Shown: positions 51,220 to 63,129 of the stretch, piece after piece
Numbering within the stretch: position 1 is the stretch's first letter
Layout: each line of letters opens with the position of its first letter
Assembly (NCBI RefSeq): GCF_035594765.1
Contig: NC_085844.1
Coordinates: 146,708,107 to 146,772,106 of the forward strand
Length of the DNA: 64,000 nt
Origin: Anolis carolinensis
Lineage: Eukaryota
Direction: 5' to 3'
The notes under the pieces: model-generated
What the model was told of the DNA's origin: nothing
Seen by the model: only the letters and a program-made list of their open reading frames with translations
Databases searched by the model: none
Position numbers and translations under genes: made by a program

Positions 51220-52321
51220 ACTACGCCATCTGGGGGCAGTAGTGGTAAAATTCTTCTTGTCATTTAGCAGGCCAAAACCAGCTTTCAAAGTGACAATTTG
51301 CAAACGATGGTCAATTATTGGTAGTGGATACCTATGGGATATTGACCCTCTTACATCAACATTTCCAAGCAGGACCAAGCACTAAGCAAATCCAAGAACA
51401 AACAAAGAGACACACCAAAAGATCTGTATATGCATTACAAAAGAAGTCGAGATACCTTTTCCAGACATCTGGCTTCCCTTCATATAAAACAGAATGAAGT
51501 TAGTTCAACCAGGAAAGAGGACTTAGCGTGGATTGAGAGTCTTATTCTGGTAAAGATGTTCAGAACCTTATTACCTTAACACCAGCAAGGACTTTCCTCT
51601 GCCTGCATTAATAAACCTTGCTCCGGGGATGGGTCATAAAGCAAAATGTTAAGAACATGGACATTGAGAGCAGCAAATTGTACTGAGTTTCTGTTCCCTC
51701 TTCCAGTCTCTAGTCATAACCCTGAGATATGGTATCAGCACACTGAACATTTTCTCATAGAAACACAGTGACAGCCAATGTAGAATGAAGACAGGGAAAT
51801 CAATAACATGATAATGTGCTATCATGAGGTTAGTAGATAGAAGATTCAAAACGAGGCTCTCATTTTGCACACTGGATCCATATTCTTCAATACATCTGTT
51901 TTCATATTACATAACAAGGGAATACAAACCATTTAAGAAACATTAGATGAAGAACCAGAGATAGCAGAAAACTGATATACTGTGACACAATATTTATATT
52001 TCTTGTCCAGTGTAGACTACAGATAGACTACAGACTGGCAGATAGAGTTGGGCCCAAATCCTGTTTCATCTGTTTATTTCATGGTTTTGTACCTTTCCAT
52101 CCATTCGGATGCCACAGAATGGTACAACCCCCTCTGGAACGAAAGAAGCAGTGAAACGGAAAAAAGGGGGAATGGTAGCTGTTTGGTCAGTTGATTTTTG
52201 CCGCTTCGCTGTAGGTCCTAGCTGGCATGGCCTAAAGCTGAGCGCTGGGCGCTCAACGTCCATAGGCCCAGCTTGCAGGGTCTACAGTCGAGCACCAAGT
52301 GCTCGATGCTTGTAGGGCCAT

Positions 52322-52944
52322 CAGACTGTGCAAGGAAACTGACAAAACCATTGATCATATCCTCAGCTGCTATAAGAAAATCTAACAGACTACAAACAGA
52401 GGCACAACTATGTGGCCCAAATGATTCATTGGAACTTATGCCTCAAGTGCCACCTCCCAGCAGTAAAGCACTGGTGGGATCACAAATCTGCAAAAGTCTT
52501 GGAAAATGAGCACGCAAAGATACTGTGGGACTTCCAAATCCAGACTGACAAAGTTCTGGAACACAACACACCAGACATCACAGTTGTGGAAAAGAAAAAG
52601 GTTTGGATCATTGATGTTGCCATCCCAGGTGACAGTCGCATTGATGAAAAACAACAGGAAAAACTCATCCGCTATCAGGACCTCAAGACTGAACTTCAAA
52701 GACTCTGGCAGAAACCAGTGCAAGTGATGGGCACACTGGGTGCCGTGCTAAAAGATCTCAGCCGGCATTTGGAAATAATAGACATTGACAAAATTACGAT
52801 CTGCCAACTGCAAAAGGCCACCCTGCTGGGATCTGCACGCATCATCCGAAAATACATCACACAGTCCTGGACACTTGGGAAGTGTTCGACTTGTGATTTT
52901 GTGAAACGAAATTGAGCATATCTATCTTGTTTGCTGTGTCATGC

Positions 52945-52976
<32 letters not shown>

Positions 52977-52977
52977 C
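52322..52977 (+). mobile_element. R4/Dong-clade LINE 3' end (restriction-like endonuclease)
   Basis: CCHC remnant, then KILWDFQIQTD...PDI...IIDVAIPGD...EKLIRYQDL; (CAA)n tail. Confidence 0.92.
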
Positions 52978-53391
52978 TTTCTTTTTGTACCCCGTCTCCA
53001 TCTCCCCGAAGGGACTCGGGGCAGCTTACATGTGGACGAGCCCATTCAACATAGTTAAATATAAAATATGAACATACTAAGTACACACATTGTAGTGCAT
53101 AAACAGTAACATAAAAACAGAGAAATAAAAACATTATAACAAAATAAATCAATGAAAGCACACCTATATGCAAACACAAGAAATCAAAGCTATGACCACT
53201 GGAAATATTGCTCAGTTGTGTACCAACCATTTCCCCCCAAATTTCCAAGATTTCTAAGAATGTATGAGCTTAGAAACTTTATTTTTAAATGGTAGTGATA
53301 TACTTAGAATGGGCAGCACTGCCTCTAATTCTGCCATTTTTCTACCTCCAACAGGAATTTTCCTAGGTGGACTGAGATCTATGGCATAGAG

Positions 53392-53594
53392 CAGGAGTTC
53401 TCAAACGTTTTTAGCCATGGAGCTCTTTAAGAAGCAAAAGTTTCTCGTGGAGCCCCAAGAAATGTATATATATTGCATTATCTATAATGTGTACTATATC
53501 AGGCATGGGAAAACTTTTTGACCAACATAAACTTAACAGGATTTCAGTGGAAGATCCCAGAGGCCATCCAGTCCAACGATTAAGTCACCCAACC

Positions 53595-53647
<53 letters not shown>

Positions 53648-53943
53648 GTAATAATATAGCAGAAATCCCAGGGACCATCCAGTTCAACTCCCTTCTGTCC
53701 TGCAGGAAAAGCACAATCAAAGCACATTCTGAGCAGTGGGAAGGACATAGGCTTTTGGAAGCAAGCAAGGTGAGAAGAAAAGGATCTGGGCAGCGAGGAA
53801 AGTGAGGAAAAAAGGCTTTTGAAGTGAAGGGAGGGGGAAGAGCAGGAAAAAGGGGGGAAAGCTTGGAGGGGGAGGAAGAGGGAACCACGGAGCCTCTCCA
53901 TATGCTTTGCGGAGCCCCATGGAGCACACTTCGAGAACCGCTG
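53392..53943. mobile_element. non-autonomous hAT element with internal (AAT)n
   Basis: CAGGAGTTCTCAAAC...TTCGAGAACCGCTG ends; TSD gcatagag/acataaag. Confidence 0.7.
53595..53657. repeat. (AAT)n microsatellite
   Basis: Direct reading. Confidence 0.95.
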
Positions 53944-54743
53944 ACATAAAGGATTGTTTTCAGATTCAAGGTGTACCATTGTACTGACAAGCCAGTGTTT
54001 ATATGTGGCAAGTTTTCAATAGTTAATTTTCCTTTCTTGGGTTTAGTCTGCTGGATCAAAGTCTGAGAACCTCTGACCTACAGATGTGTGTGCAATCCAT
54101 TGATTGCACCTATATGGTTATAATCCCTTGCACATCCTTTCAAGTTCTGATGTCTCACTCAGATATTATTTGTGCAAATTATGGTTCTTGCCACAGGAAA
54201 CTCCACAAGACATTTCTGGAACACTATATGGCTTAATAGTATATGGGTAATTATTCCAATATCCTTAAATTGTATGTCCACATCTCTACTTCACCAAAGG
54301 GATAGTCCCCAAGTAAGCATGATTATCATAATGACCCGGTCTATTTATTATTTTTTGGAAACTACATTGGTTTCAGTGGTGATTACTTCTAAGTAAGTAT
54401 GCACTGAATTGCAATTTAAAGGTTATTTTTATGGCTTCCTGCTTATCATGGTCATTTCCTTCTCTAGCAGACAAACATGTGTCAAAGATTATCGGAACCA
54501 AAGAGGTGAGATCACTAAGGGATACTGCCAAGCGTAGTTTAATTTTCTGAGCTCAAGGAAAACAAGCAGACTTTGTGCCTTCGTACACTTGTTATACAAG
54601 TCTAAAACAAAAAGAGGAGATGAACAGAACTCATTACCTATGGGATTTGCATGGTTTTTGCTCAACCATTTATTGACAGTAGGATTCCATTCTATTCAGA
54701 AAGCAATTTCAATAAAATAATGGTGTATTTTTATTTTTTATTA

Positions 54744-55066
54744 CAGTAGAGTCTCACTTATCCAACATAAACGGGCCGGCAGAACGTTGGATAAGCGAAT
54801 ATGTTGGATAATAAGGAGAGATTAAGGAAAGGCCTATTAAACATCAAATTACATTATGATTTTACAAATTAAGTGCCAAAACATCATGCTATACAACAAA
54901 TTTGACAAAAAAAGTAGTTCAATACCCAGTAATGCTATGTAACAATTACTGTATTTACAAATTTAGCACCAAAATATCATGAAGTATTGAAAACTTTGAC
55001 TACAAAAATGCGTTGGATAATCCAGAACGTTGGATAAGTGAGTGTTGGATAAGTGAGACTCTACTG
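54744..55066. mobile_element. Tc1/mariner MITE
   Basis: Same TIR and TA TSD as 22817-23136. Confidence 0.88.
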
Positions 55067-55096
55067 TAAATACAAATTGACTTACATACATTATGT

Positions 55097-55219
55097 CAGT
55101 GGTTTTCAACCTGCGGGTCCCCAGATGTTTTGGCCTTTGACTCCCAGCTGGTAAACTGGCTGAGAATTCTGGGAGTTGTAGGCCAAAACACCTGGGGACC
55201 CACAGGTTAAGAACCACTG
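55097..55219. mobile_element. hAT-type MITE with small internal deletion
   Basis: Same family; TSD cattatgt/cattgtat. Confidence 0.83.
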
Positions 55220-55870
55220 CATTGTATACTCATGTGTAAATCGATCTCATGTATAAATCGAGGGTAAGTTTTTAATAAGAATTTTGATATGACCCATGGA
55301 TAACTCAAGGGTCAAGTAAAGACCAGTCACTATCCCCAGCTCAGATGACACAATAACCAATCAATTCCCCATTTGTTCTTTTTCTAGCAAGCTGCTCTCC
55401 TGTCTTCTGAGAAAAGGAGCATTATTTTAATGGCTCTGCCTTAAAGACTCCACCACTTTTTTGCGTATACACATTATTATTTAGAAATCTATGTGCAAAC
55501 CTTCATTTACATCTATGCATTCTGTGATGAATGGCCATGTAAAAGATTGCATTACACATTTGTTTTGCTCTACTTCTGATACAAAAGCCTAAAATCCTGG
55601 AATATAGTCAGGAGAAAATGAAAAGGCCCCTCCATGACAGTGATGATTAATTGCCAAGGTCACAAACTGACCTTACTTTCTACTTGCTTGATTCAAAAGG
55701 TCTAATTAGGGACTCCTTTCTTTCTAAAGAGTCAAAGCACCATACTGCTGTGTCCCACAATGAACCAGGGAAGAGATAAATAATTGGAAGTATTGGCATT
55801 TAGGAATAAAATAGCAGGGTTTTTTTTAGCCTTTGAAGGCACCTAAAAATAATGAAATGATATTTCATAC

Positions 55871-55910
55871 CTTTACATACTCAATAGTTGGGTCTGCCAC
55901 ATTCTGATCC
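55871..55910 (-). CDS. BCAR3: BCAR3 40-nt internal exon, (R)DQNVADPTIEYVK
   Basis: Minus strand tcctttgcag|G GAT CAG AAT GTG GCA GAC CCA ACT ATT GAG TAT GTA AAG|gtatga; resembles human DPHLLDPTVEYVK; phase-0 donor fits the acceptor at 12750; absent from the ORF track. Confidence 0.93.
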
Positions 55911-56919
55911 CTGCAAAGGAGAAAGACATGAATAATTTTAATGATCCAATCTGATTCCTGGGGGTGGAGACAACAATGTGTTGTTATTAGTCCCCTGCAG
56001 ATGCTAGATCTTTTTCAGCCAATACAGATAGCCCCCACCCCAAGTGTTTTTCTTTTGATTTTGTGACAACAAATTATTATTGGAAAGCGAAAAAAACAGC
56101 ACAAAAATTCAAATATTTCAATTCTGTTTAGCTGCCATTCATGTCATTAACATAATAATATATATAAACAAGTTTGTCTCACTTCATTCATTCTAAAACA
56201 AAGTAGGAACCTATTTATACAACTACTTTTTCTGGACAAATGTTCACTTCACTGGATATGAGGGACTCTCACAGTCAAACAAGATGAGGCATTGACGATT
56301 GGATCTCTTGTCTCCTTAAGCTTCTTTCCAAATCCATTCCGGGTTGTGGCGGCAGGCAAGAATGCCAGACTGCTTTGGGGCATGGGACAAAGTTCTCATC
56401 CCGTGAAATCATTCTACCCAAGCTGGTACTTGACCCATCCTATGTTTTTCATAACCAGCCAAACAGTAGTGGGAGGAAACCGACTGACATCAGGAAATCT
56501 TAACTCTCTGTCGCCATTCCGCAGCACAATGATCCTTAAAAATTCATGCCCTGCTCCTTAGTGTGGTTTTCCAAAAAAGAAGTTTCAAGAGACAAAACAT
56601 CCAACCACAGATTTCCAATGCCTGATTAACTTTAGCCCTCATTGTGCATATGCAGTAAATCGGAATCTGTATATCATTGTAGTGGGACAGGATGCTCCAA
56701 TTCCTTCAAAACAATCGAGTAGTTATTCAGAAAGGTCAATGCAATAGTTAGACACAGTTATATAAATCTCACATCTCATTAGTAGATATCCATTAGTATG
56801 ACAGGACTTCCTTCACCTACCTACCACATGCCTTTATATCATCCAGAAGTTTGCTCCAAAGTCTTTCCCAGGACACATGGGAGGATCAAGACCCTCCTGG
56901 TTCTGTTCATCGATTAGAT

Positions 56920-57366
56920 CAGTGGTTCCCAACCTATTCTGTATAGACTACCAGTGGTGCACAAGAACTAAAATATGGTCACCGTTACTATTACGGATAA
57001 TAACACAGCCCAAACAAAAACATTTTGGGTGTCTTCATTTTTAGGCCTGTTCCTGGGATTATTTGGGGTGTTGATTCAGAAAATTGCATTGGATAGACCA
57101 CATCAGCCCTAGATTATTAAATATGGTTTTCCGTGGGTGAGCAGATGGTGACTACTGGATGGCATATGTTCTGTATCAGAAACTAGAGCTGATGTTGTCT
57201 ATTCAATGCAATTTTCTGAATCAAAACCCCAAATAACCAAACCAAATCTAAAATTGACCCAAAAACAGATTTCTGCCCTTTTGGTACTCATGTTGGAGAG
57301 TGGTCCCTGGTCAAAGTGGTCCTTGGTCAAAGCGGTCCCTGGTCAAAAAAAGGTTAGAAACCACTG
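56920..57366. mobile_element. non-autonomous hAT element, 447 bp
   Basis: CAGTGGTTCCCAACCT...AGGTTAGAAACCACTG; perfect 8-bp TSD gattagat; three subterminal GTGGTCCCTGGTCAAA-type repeats. Confidence 0.88.
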
Positions 57367-57870
57367 GATTAGATTTTGTGGGATCCCTACCAAAATGTAG
57401 CTACTATTATACACAAATAAATATATGACTAGGTATGCACATCAAAGGTGCAAGTCCCTTTATATATATATATCACATATAGTCATATACCACAGATTTG
57501 TCTGCATTGATTACATAGTAACTATGGTATAAACAGGGAAATGGAATTAACTTCTCACATGGACTTTGAAGGCTGACCAATTTATCATGGAGTTCTACAC
57601 ACACATACGAGGGAGATCCGTCCTTGAATTCAACAAGCTATGTTTCTTGAAAAATCTAACAATGGCCCTTTAAATGTGGCTAGTTATCTATCATCTCTCC
57701 AAATGACACCTGAAATGGCAGTTTGGGCGCACATTCAATTTACACTGTCAAGGTGTTGGAAACTCAGCACATATTGAAACTAAATGAAACCCTCTCTATG
57801 AAATTATGAACCTCAAATATAACACTCAAGGTCAGCCCTTCATGCCACAAAGTAGGATTATATAGTGTAC

Positions 57871-58135
57871 CATTTGAAAAACCATAATGACTCATACATG
57901 TCTTTCCCACTAACCTTGGAGGCATTTGAAAAACCATAATGACTCCTACATTCATTTTCCACTAACCTTGGAGGCATTTATAAAAATACAAAATGCTTTT
58001 TGACGCTATTAAATTGCCAAAAAAGACAGATGTGAACTACACATCGCTTGGAAAGGATTAGCTTTAGGACTACAATTTCCCAGTTATGAACTACACATGG
58101 CTTGGAAAGGATTTGCTTTTGGGCTACAATACCAC
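57871..58135. repeat. two adjacent tandem duplications (52-bp and ~54-bp units)
   Basis: 57871-57922/57923-57974; TGAACTACACAT..CTTGGAAAGGATT twice. Confidence 0.85.
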
Positions 58136-58599
58136 AATTCGCAAGCCAGCATGTACAATGGGTTTGCAACTATGGCTGGGGATGCTGGTGGATTTAACAC
58201 ACACACACACAAAAAGGATTTTTCTAAGCTCTGAAAATCTTGTCCAGGATTTTACATGATTGATATTAATAACATAAATTAGCATTTTTGGCTACATGTT
58301 TTGCTACAGATTTGTGCAAAAGAATCCTCAATATTTGGCAGACTGATAAGTATCTAAAAGTAGTTTGTGTTCAAGTAGGATCGTGGTTGGCCAGATAATC
58401 TCTACTTACTTCATCGCAAAGAAGGTTGAGATCTATATTATCTAGACAAAAAGAATTGAGATTCACAGAGATCCTTCACAAAACACAAATATTTATGAGA
58501 ACTAAAGTAAATTTGTAATATTGTAAGAAATTTGAATATTGTAAGGAATTGTGCTTCATTGTCAACTTTAGAAGATAAAGACGGCTTGCTTTCCTGAGT

Positions 58600-59480
58600 T
58601 GATGGCCATCAAGCACTCCTTACCACTAGAGTCATTCCCCAACAAATTGGATTGAGAGCATTGAAAAGATTTTATTCCATTCAAATACGTATTTAAAATA
58701 ATTAGAAGGAAGATTTTCAAAGCACTTGTAATTGAAATGAACAGAAAATAAAAGAATCTAATCATTAAATGGAAAGTACAAGCATCTTTCATTTTGTAAG
58801 TGACAATTTGAAGTAGAATATTGATTTCAACAATAATGTGCCTCTTGAAAGGCCTATTATGGTTTGTGACTATAAAGCAAACTGATTTAGAAACTGTTGG
58901 GAATCTATTGAGCGGTTCAGTCTTCAAATCAGTAGAAGCCTTGTTTAAGAAAGGAAGGACCTATGCTCCTTTATATAGTAGTCTACGTATTCATCTTCGT
59001 GCAGATTGAAATTGTTTCATTCACCAAAGTCTTCAAACAAAATTACACAGCTATGTTATACACCTTGGGCTCGATCTGTCTGATTGAAGCTACAATCACT
59101 AGAAGTCCTAGATATACCAAGTATACCAATTCTACGGCCATGACGGATGTCTGCCCCAAGGCACAGAGAGGAGTAATCCCTATAGTGGTCCCCTGAAGAA
59201 TTCTCCACACAAACTCCTTTGATTAAATGTAACAACAACAAATCCTATGCACTGGTTATTGAAATCTGCGGCATTGTTTCTGAACACGGTACTTCAGATA
59301 CCACTAATGGCTTGTGTTTGAAACCTACAGCCAAAGACTACAAGCCAAAGACCCCAGGCTCTCCACAAATTGAAGGCTGTCTGTCTTCATGATGCACAGC
59401 TAATTCTGGTGAGTATTCTGGGGGGGTTAGTTTTAAACTGGCTTCGCCTCAATTCAGGAAAAGTTAGGGGATACATAACA
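58600..59480 (+). mobile_element. degraded Ty1/Copia pol (RT) remnant
   Basis: Ordered motif remnants DFIPFKYVFKI, MCLLKGLL, ALFKKG, LLYIVVYV across frameshifts. Confidence 0.55.
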
Positions 59481-60088
59481 GCTTGCTGCAAACTCCAGAT
59501 TATCATGTAGCTTTAGGGCATTCTGGACTGCTGGATCGGGCTGATTCAGCCAGATCCACCATCCAGATGGCATACCATCACTCATTCCCTACAACGGATT
59601 ATGGCCATGTCTCCATCACCACCACTCCTAGCTGGCAATAGAGCTCTATTAGACCTCCTGGCCATCAGAGGCACCTCTGCTGACATACGAATTGAGCACC
59701 TGCATGACCAGGAAGAAGAATGCAATCCACCCTTCTTCTTCCTGATTTTGCAAGGGGTCCATTCTGACATTAGAAGAGGTGTCCACATAACTAGATGATC
59801 ACTTCTCCTCCATCTTGGTCTCAAGGACATTTTTGCTGACATCAGAATAGGGCAATGTTCCCTGATCTGAAGTTACCAGAGGCACTAGGAGTGGCAGCAG
59901 TGGTAAGATGAGTGATGCTCCAGAGAAGCATCTGAACTCTCCAAATATGACAACAGTGGCCACAAATTTGATGTGCACATTTGGTGCTAGATCGGTGCTC
60001 TCCAGGGCACATTTACACTGGACTAAATGGCCTGGTATAGAGGAATCTAAAGACATAGACTTGAATCTCACACATAATAAGTCAACAC

Positions 60089-60412
60089 TAAAACCACTGA
60101 GCTGCTGAACTTGCTGACCACTGTTAGCTCCAGCTTCTGCTAACCTAGCATTTTGAAAAAAAGCAAATGTGAGTAGATCAATAGGTACCACTCACAACAA
60201 CAACAACAATTCTTTATTGATTAGTCACTTTTGACCATAGGTACCACTCCAGCGTGAAGGTAACGGTGCTCCATGCAGTCATGCCAGCCACATGACCTAG
60301 GAGGCGTCTATGGACAATGCTGGCTCTTCGGCTTACAAATGGAGATGAGCATCAACCCCCAGAGTCAGATACGACTGGACTAAATGTCAAGGGAAAACCT
60401 TTACTTTACCTT
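60089..60412 (+). mobile_element. Sauria SINE with 43-nt nested insertion
   Basis: Core split at a duplicated ATAGGTACCACTC. Confidence 0.87.
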
Positions 60413-61199
60413 TTAAGGCATTTTAAAACACAGAAAAGCTTCCAAATAGTACAAGTAGGATGCTGTGGTACTCTAGTGTTAAAGAGAAACATGTGAATAA
60501 ACATTGCAGGCATTATAACCCCTTTCATAGAAAAAATCATGTTCCATATTAAGGTGAGGCTTTATTCCATGTGGGAAATAAAATCTGCCAGGCAGAGCCC
60601 CCCCCCCCCTCAATTCTACAGAGCCACACATCCTATTAAAAGCAGGTGGCAAGTACCAAAGGCTGTAGCCAAAGAAGAGATAATGGAGAAAAAGCAATCT
60701 TAGTTTTGTGAAATTCCAAGATTTGACGAGGAATTTTTAAAAACCATCTTTTTCAACATTGCAGAAGAGAGCAAAACCCTCCTCCTAGAAGTAGAAGGAA
60801 GGAGTGTAATGCCTTCAATAATAGAAAAAACAAACATCTGGGACCCTGAACAGAACTATTCCTCATAAGATGATGTGTGTGGGGGGCAACTTTAAGGCCC
60901 ATCCCTGGACCTCAGTGATCAGAGCTCTCCAAGACCTCCCAATCCTGAAAACATAACATTTTTAAAAAGGTGAATTGAACATGCAGACACCGCTGGATCT
61001 GTTTTCGAGGCTTCTACATAGAGACCTCATATTTTAAACATAGGAATTGGCCAGATGTTCACTTCTGGTCTTTTTAGAATCCTATTTCAAACATGAAACA
61101 GGTCCCCAGCAATAGCCTCTGAATGGACACAGCATTCCTTCCAAGGCTTTAGGGTTGAAACTTGGCTTTTCTTGACCGAAAAAATCAAATTCCTTAGGT

Positions 61200-61333
61200 C
61201 AGTGGTTCTCAGCCTGTGAGAACCCCAGGTATTTTGGCCTACAACTCCCAGAAATCCCAGCCAGTTTACCAGCTGCTAGAATTTTTGGGAGTTGAAGGCC
61301 AAAACATCTGGGAACCCACAGGTTGAGACACTG
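61200..61333. mobile_element. ~135 bp hAT-type MITE
   Basis: Same family; TSD ccttaggt/ctttaggt. Confidence 0.87.
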
Positions 61334-62700
61334 CTTTAGGTAGTTCAAAGCGTTCCAAGGAAGCAGGATGTCAGTGAGGAACAGGTGAGCTTTATGCTAT
61401 CAATCGACCACATTTTGCACAAAGTGACAGAAAACACAGTACTCTGCCCGACTGAAAGCTGTAGGTATCTCTGATATTTTTAATGGTTGTGTAAAAGAAG
61501 GAATTTCAGCAAATCTTACTTGTGATACATCCAGGGAACAAGCAACAGGAGGCACCATTCCAAGATATGACTCTTTAGCGTGTTAGTTTAGAGTTAGCCA
61601 TTTAATAATTTATTTTGATTGTTGTTTGGACAGCCCATTGAGCTTTTTCTTTTATTTCTTTTAAGAGAAGCCATAGATATATGATTTTTTTTTCAATCAA
61701 TACTTCATCCCATCATTTCCCTCTAAATGGTTTTTAGTGATGGGGATAATTCTCAATGAGAACACAACCTCACGTCATGTCTCACATTTTTTCGTTCCTG
61801 CAAATTATTCCTCGGCTAGCTCCTCACACAACCAAGGAAGGAAACAAATCACCTGTGTCAGTCTGTTGCCACCAGTTCTAATTAGACGTGTTTATGGGGC
61901 TACTGACAATAAACCAACAGGATTACTGCTGTGGTCAAACACAGCTGCAAACGAGACCTTTCATAATCCACTGCAGTTGAAAGCTTGTTTCACGATCTTA
62001 ATAAGCTGTCTTTCATCTGGCAATATAATGAATGCCCCTAGTTAAAAAGATGTTTAACTTTCTAGAGAACACAGAGTTTGTTTTGCTTTTTTGCTTATAG
62101 GATCTTCTTAGCTTTTTAGCCCTTGCTTTCGACTTGTATGGGATAACCCATGAGTTCGCAAGTGCTGAGTTTGCACTGTATGTTTGGTTTCCCAGTGATC
62201 AGATACGCTTATTTCCAAGTCAACAAAGGAGCATTTGATGTGGAGAGCTGCTCATTAGCATCGGAAAGGGAAGGCTGTTTCATTCTGTAGAAGATAAGGA
62301 ACAATTGTAACAAAATGCAGCTTCCCACCAAATTCACTTATGACATCATAGACTCTCAACACTGTGGAAGTGAAACAAACTTGCTTTTAGGTACTAAATT
62401 TTCAGAGGGATTGTTTTTTTTTTTTTGGTTTTTTTTTTTCATTTTAGCACCTTTGCTGCCAAAGAGTGTTGGTGCCTCATCAAACTACAAACTACAAGAT
62501 TCCATGGTATTGATCAATGACACTTAAAGTGGCATGGAGCTGCATTAATTCTATAGTGCAGATGCATTCTTAGACTAGGCAAAACAGATTGCCTAGCACA
62601 GGAATGCACAACTGCACAGGGGAGGAAGGGCAATTTTTCCATCCTGCCTCTTCCCCAGTTGACTACACTGGAAAATGACATATCCTCACTTCCAGGCATA

Positions 62701-63011
62701 GGAGCCGCAGTGGCACAATGGGTTAAACCCTTGCGCCAGCTGAACTGCTGACCTGAAGGTCGGTGTTTTGATCCAAGAGGTGGGGTGAGCTCCCATCTGT
62801 CAGCCCCAGCTTCCTATGCGGGGACATGAGAGAAGCCTCCCACAGGATGGTAACACATCCTGACGTCCTCTGGGCAATATCTCTGTAGACAGCCGATCCT
62901 CTCACACCAGAAGCGACTTGCAGCATATTCTCAATTTGACAGCCGATTCTCTCATAGCAGAAATGACTAGCAGTATATACTCAATTTGCTTCTGACATGA
63001 TTAAAATTTTT
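62701..63011 (+). mobile_element. AnolisSINE2-type SINE with duplicated 3' segment
   Basis: GGAGCCGCAGTGGCACAATGGGTTAA head; GACAGCCGAT...CTCAATTTG occurs twice. Confidence 0.87.
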
Positions 63012-63129
63012 TCCAGGCATCACATTTTTTCCATTTCTTTGGTGTTCTGGAAAGCTTTGGAGGCTCAGTGAAAGTACAACACTGTGGTTTGGGTACATTT
63101 TTAGCTATTTAGGAGCAAAAAAGAAATTA

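Larger units (their letters stand above)
1331..55910 (-). other. BCAR3: BCAR3 gene, partial (internal exons; continues beyond both window edges)
   Basis: Spliced exons give ...DQNVADPTIEYVK|FSKER...SSEDLRSHAWYHGRIPRQ|VAESLIQRDGDFLIRDSLSSPGNFVLTCQW...GNLLR|NKEKSGSHPACLDH...LPIG|SRHL...RTGSEPALSP...ENKPLETAMLKRVKE...MDCK, colinear with vertebrate BCAR3 as I recall it; phases chain 0,0,2,1,0. Confidence 0.96.

Noticed and set aside
52412-52915. 167-aa nuclease-like ORF as a host gene
   Set aside because: C-terminal endonuclease of a truncated R4/Dong retrotransposon
53533-54059. Long ORFs with poly-Leu or poly-Ile
   Set aside because: Translations of an (AAT)n tract inside a hAT element
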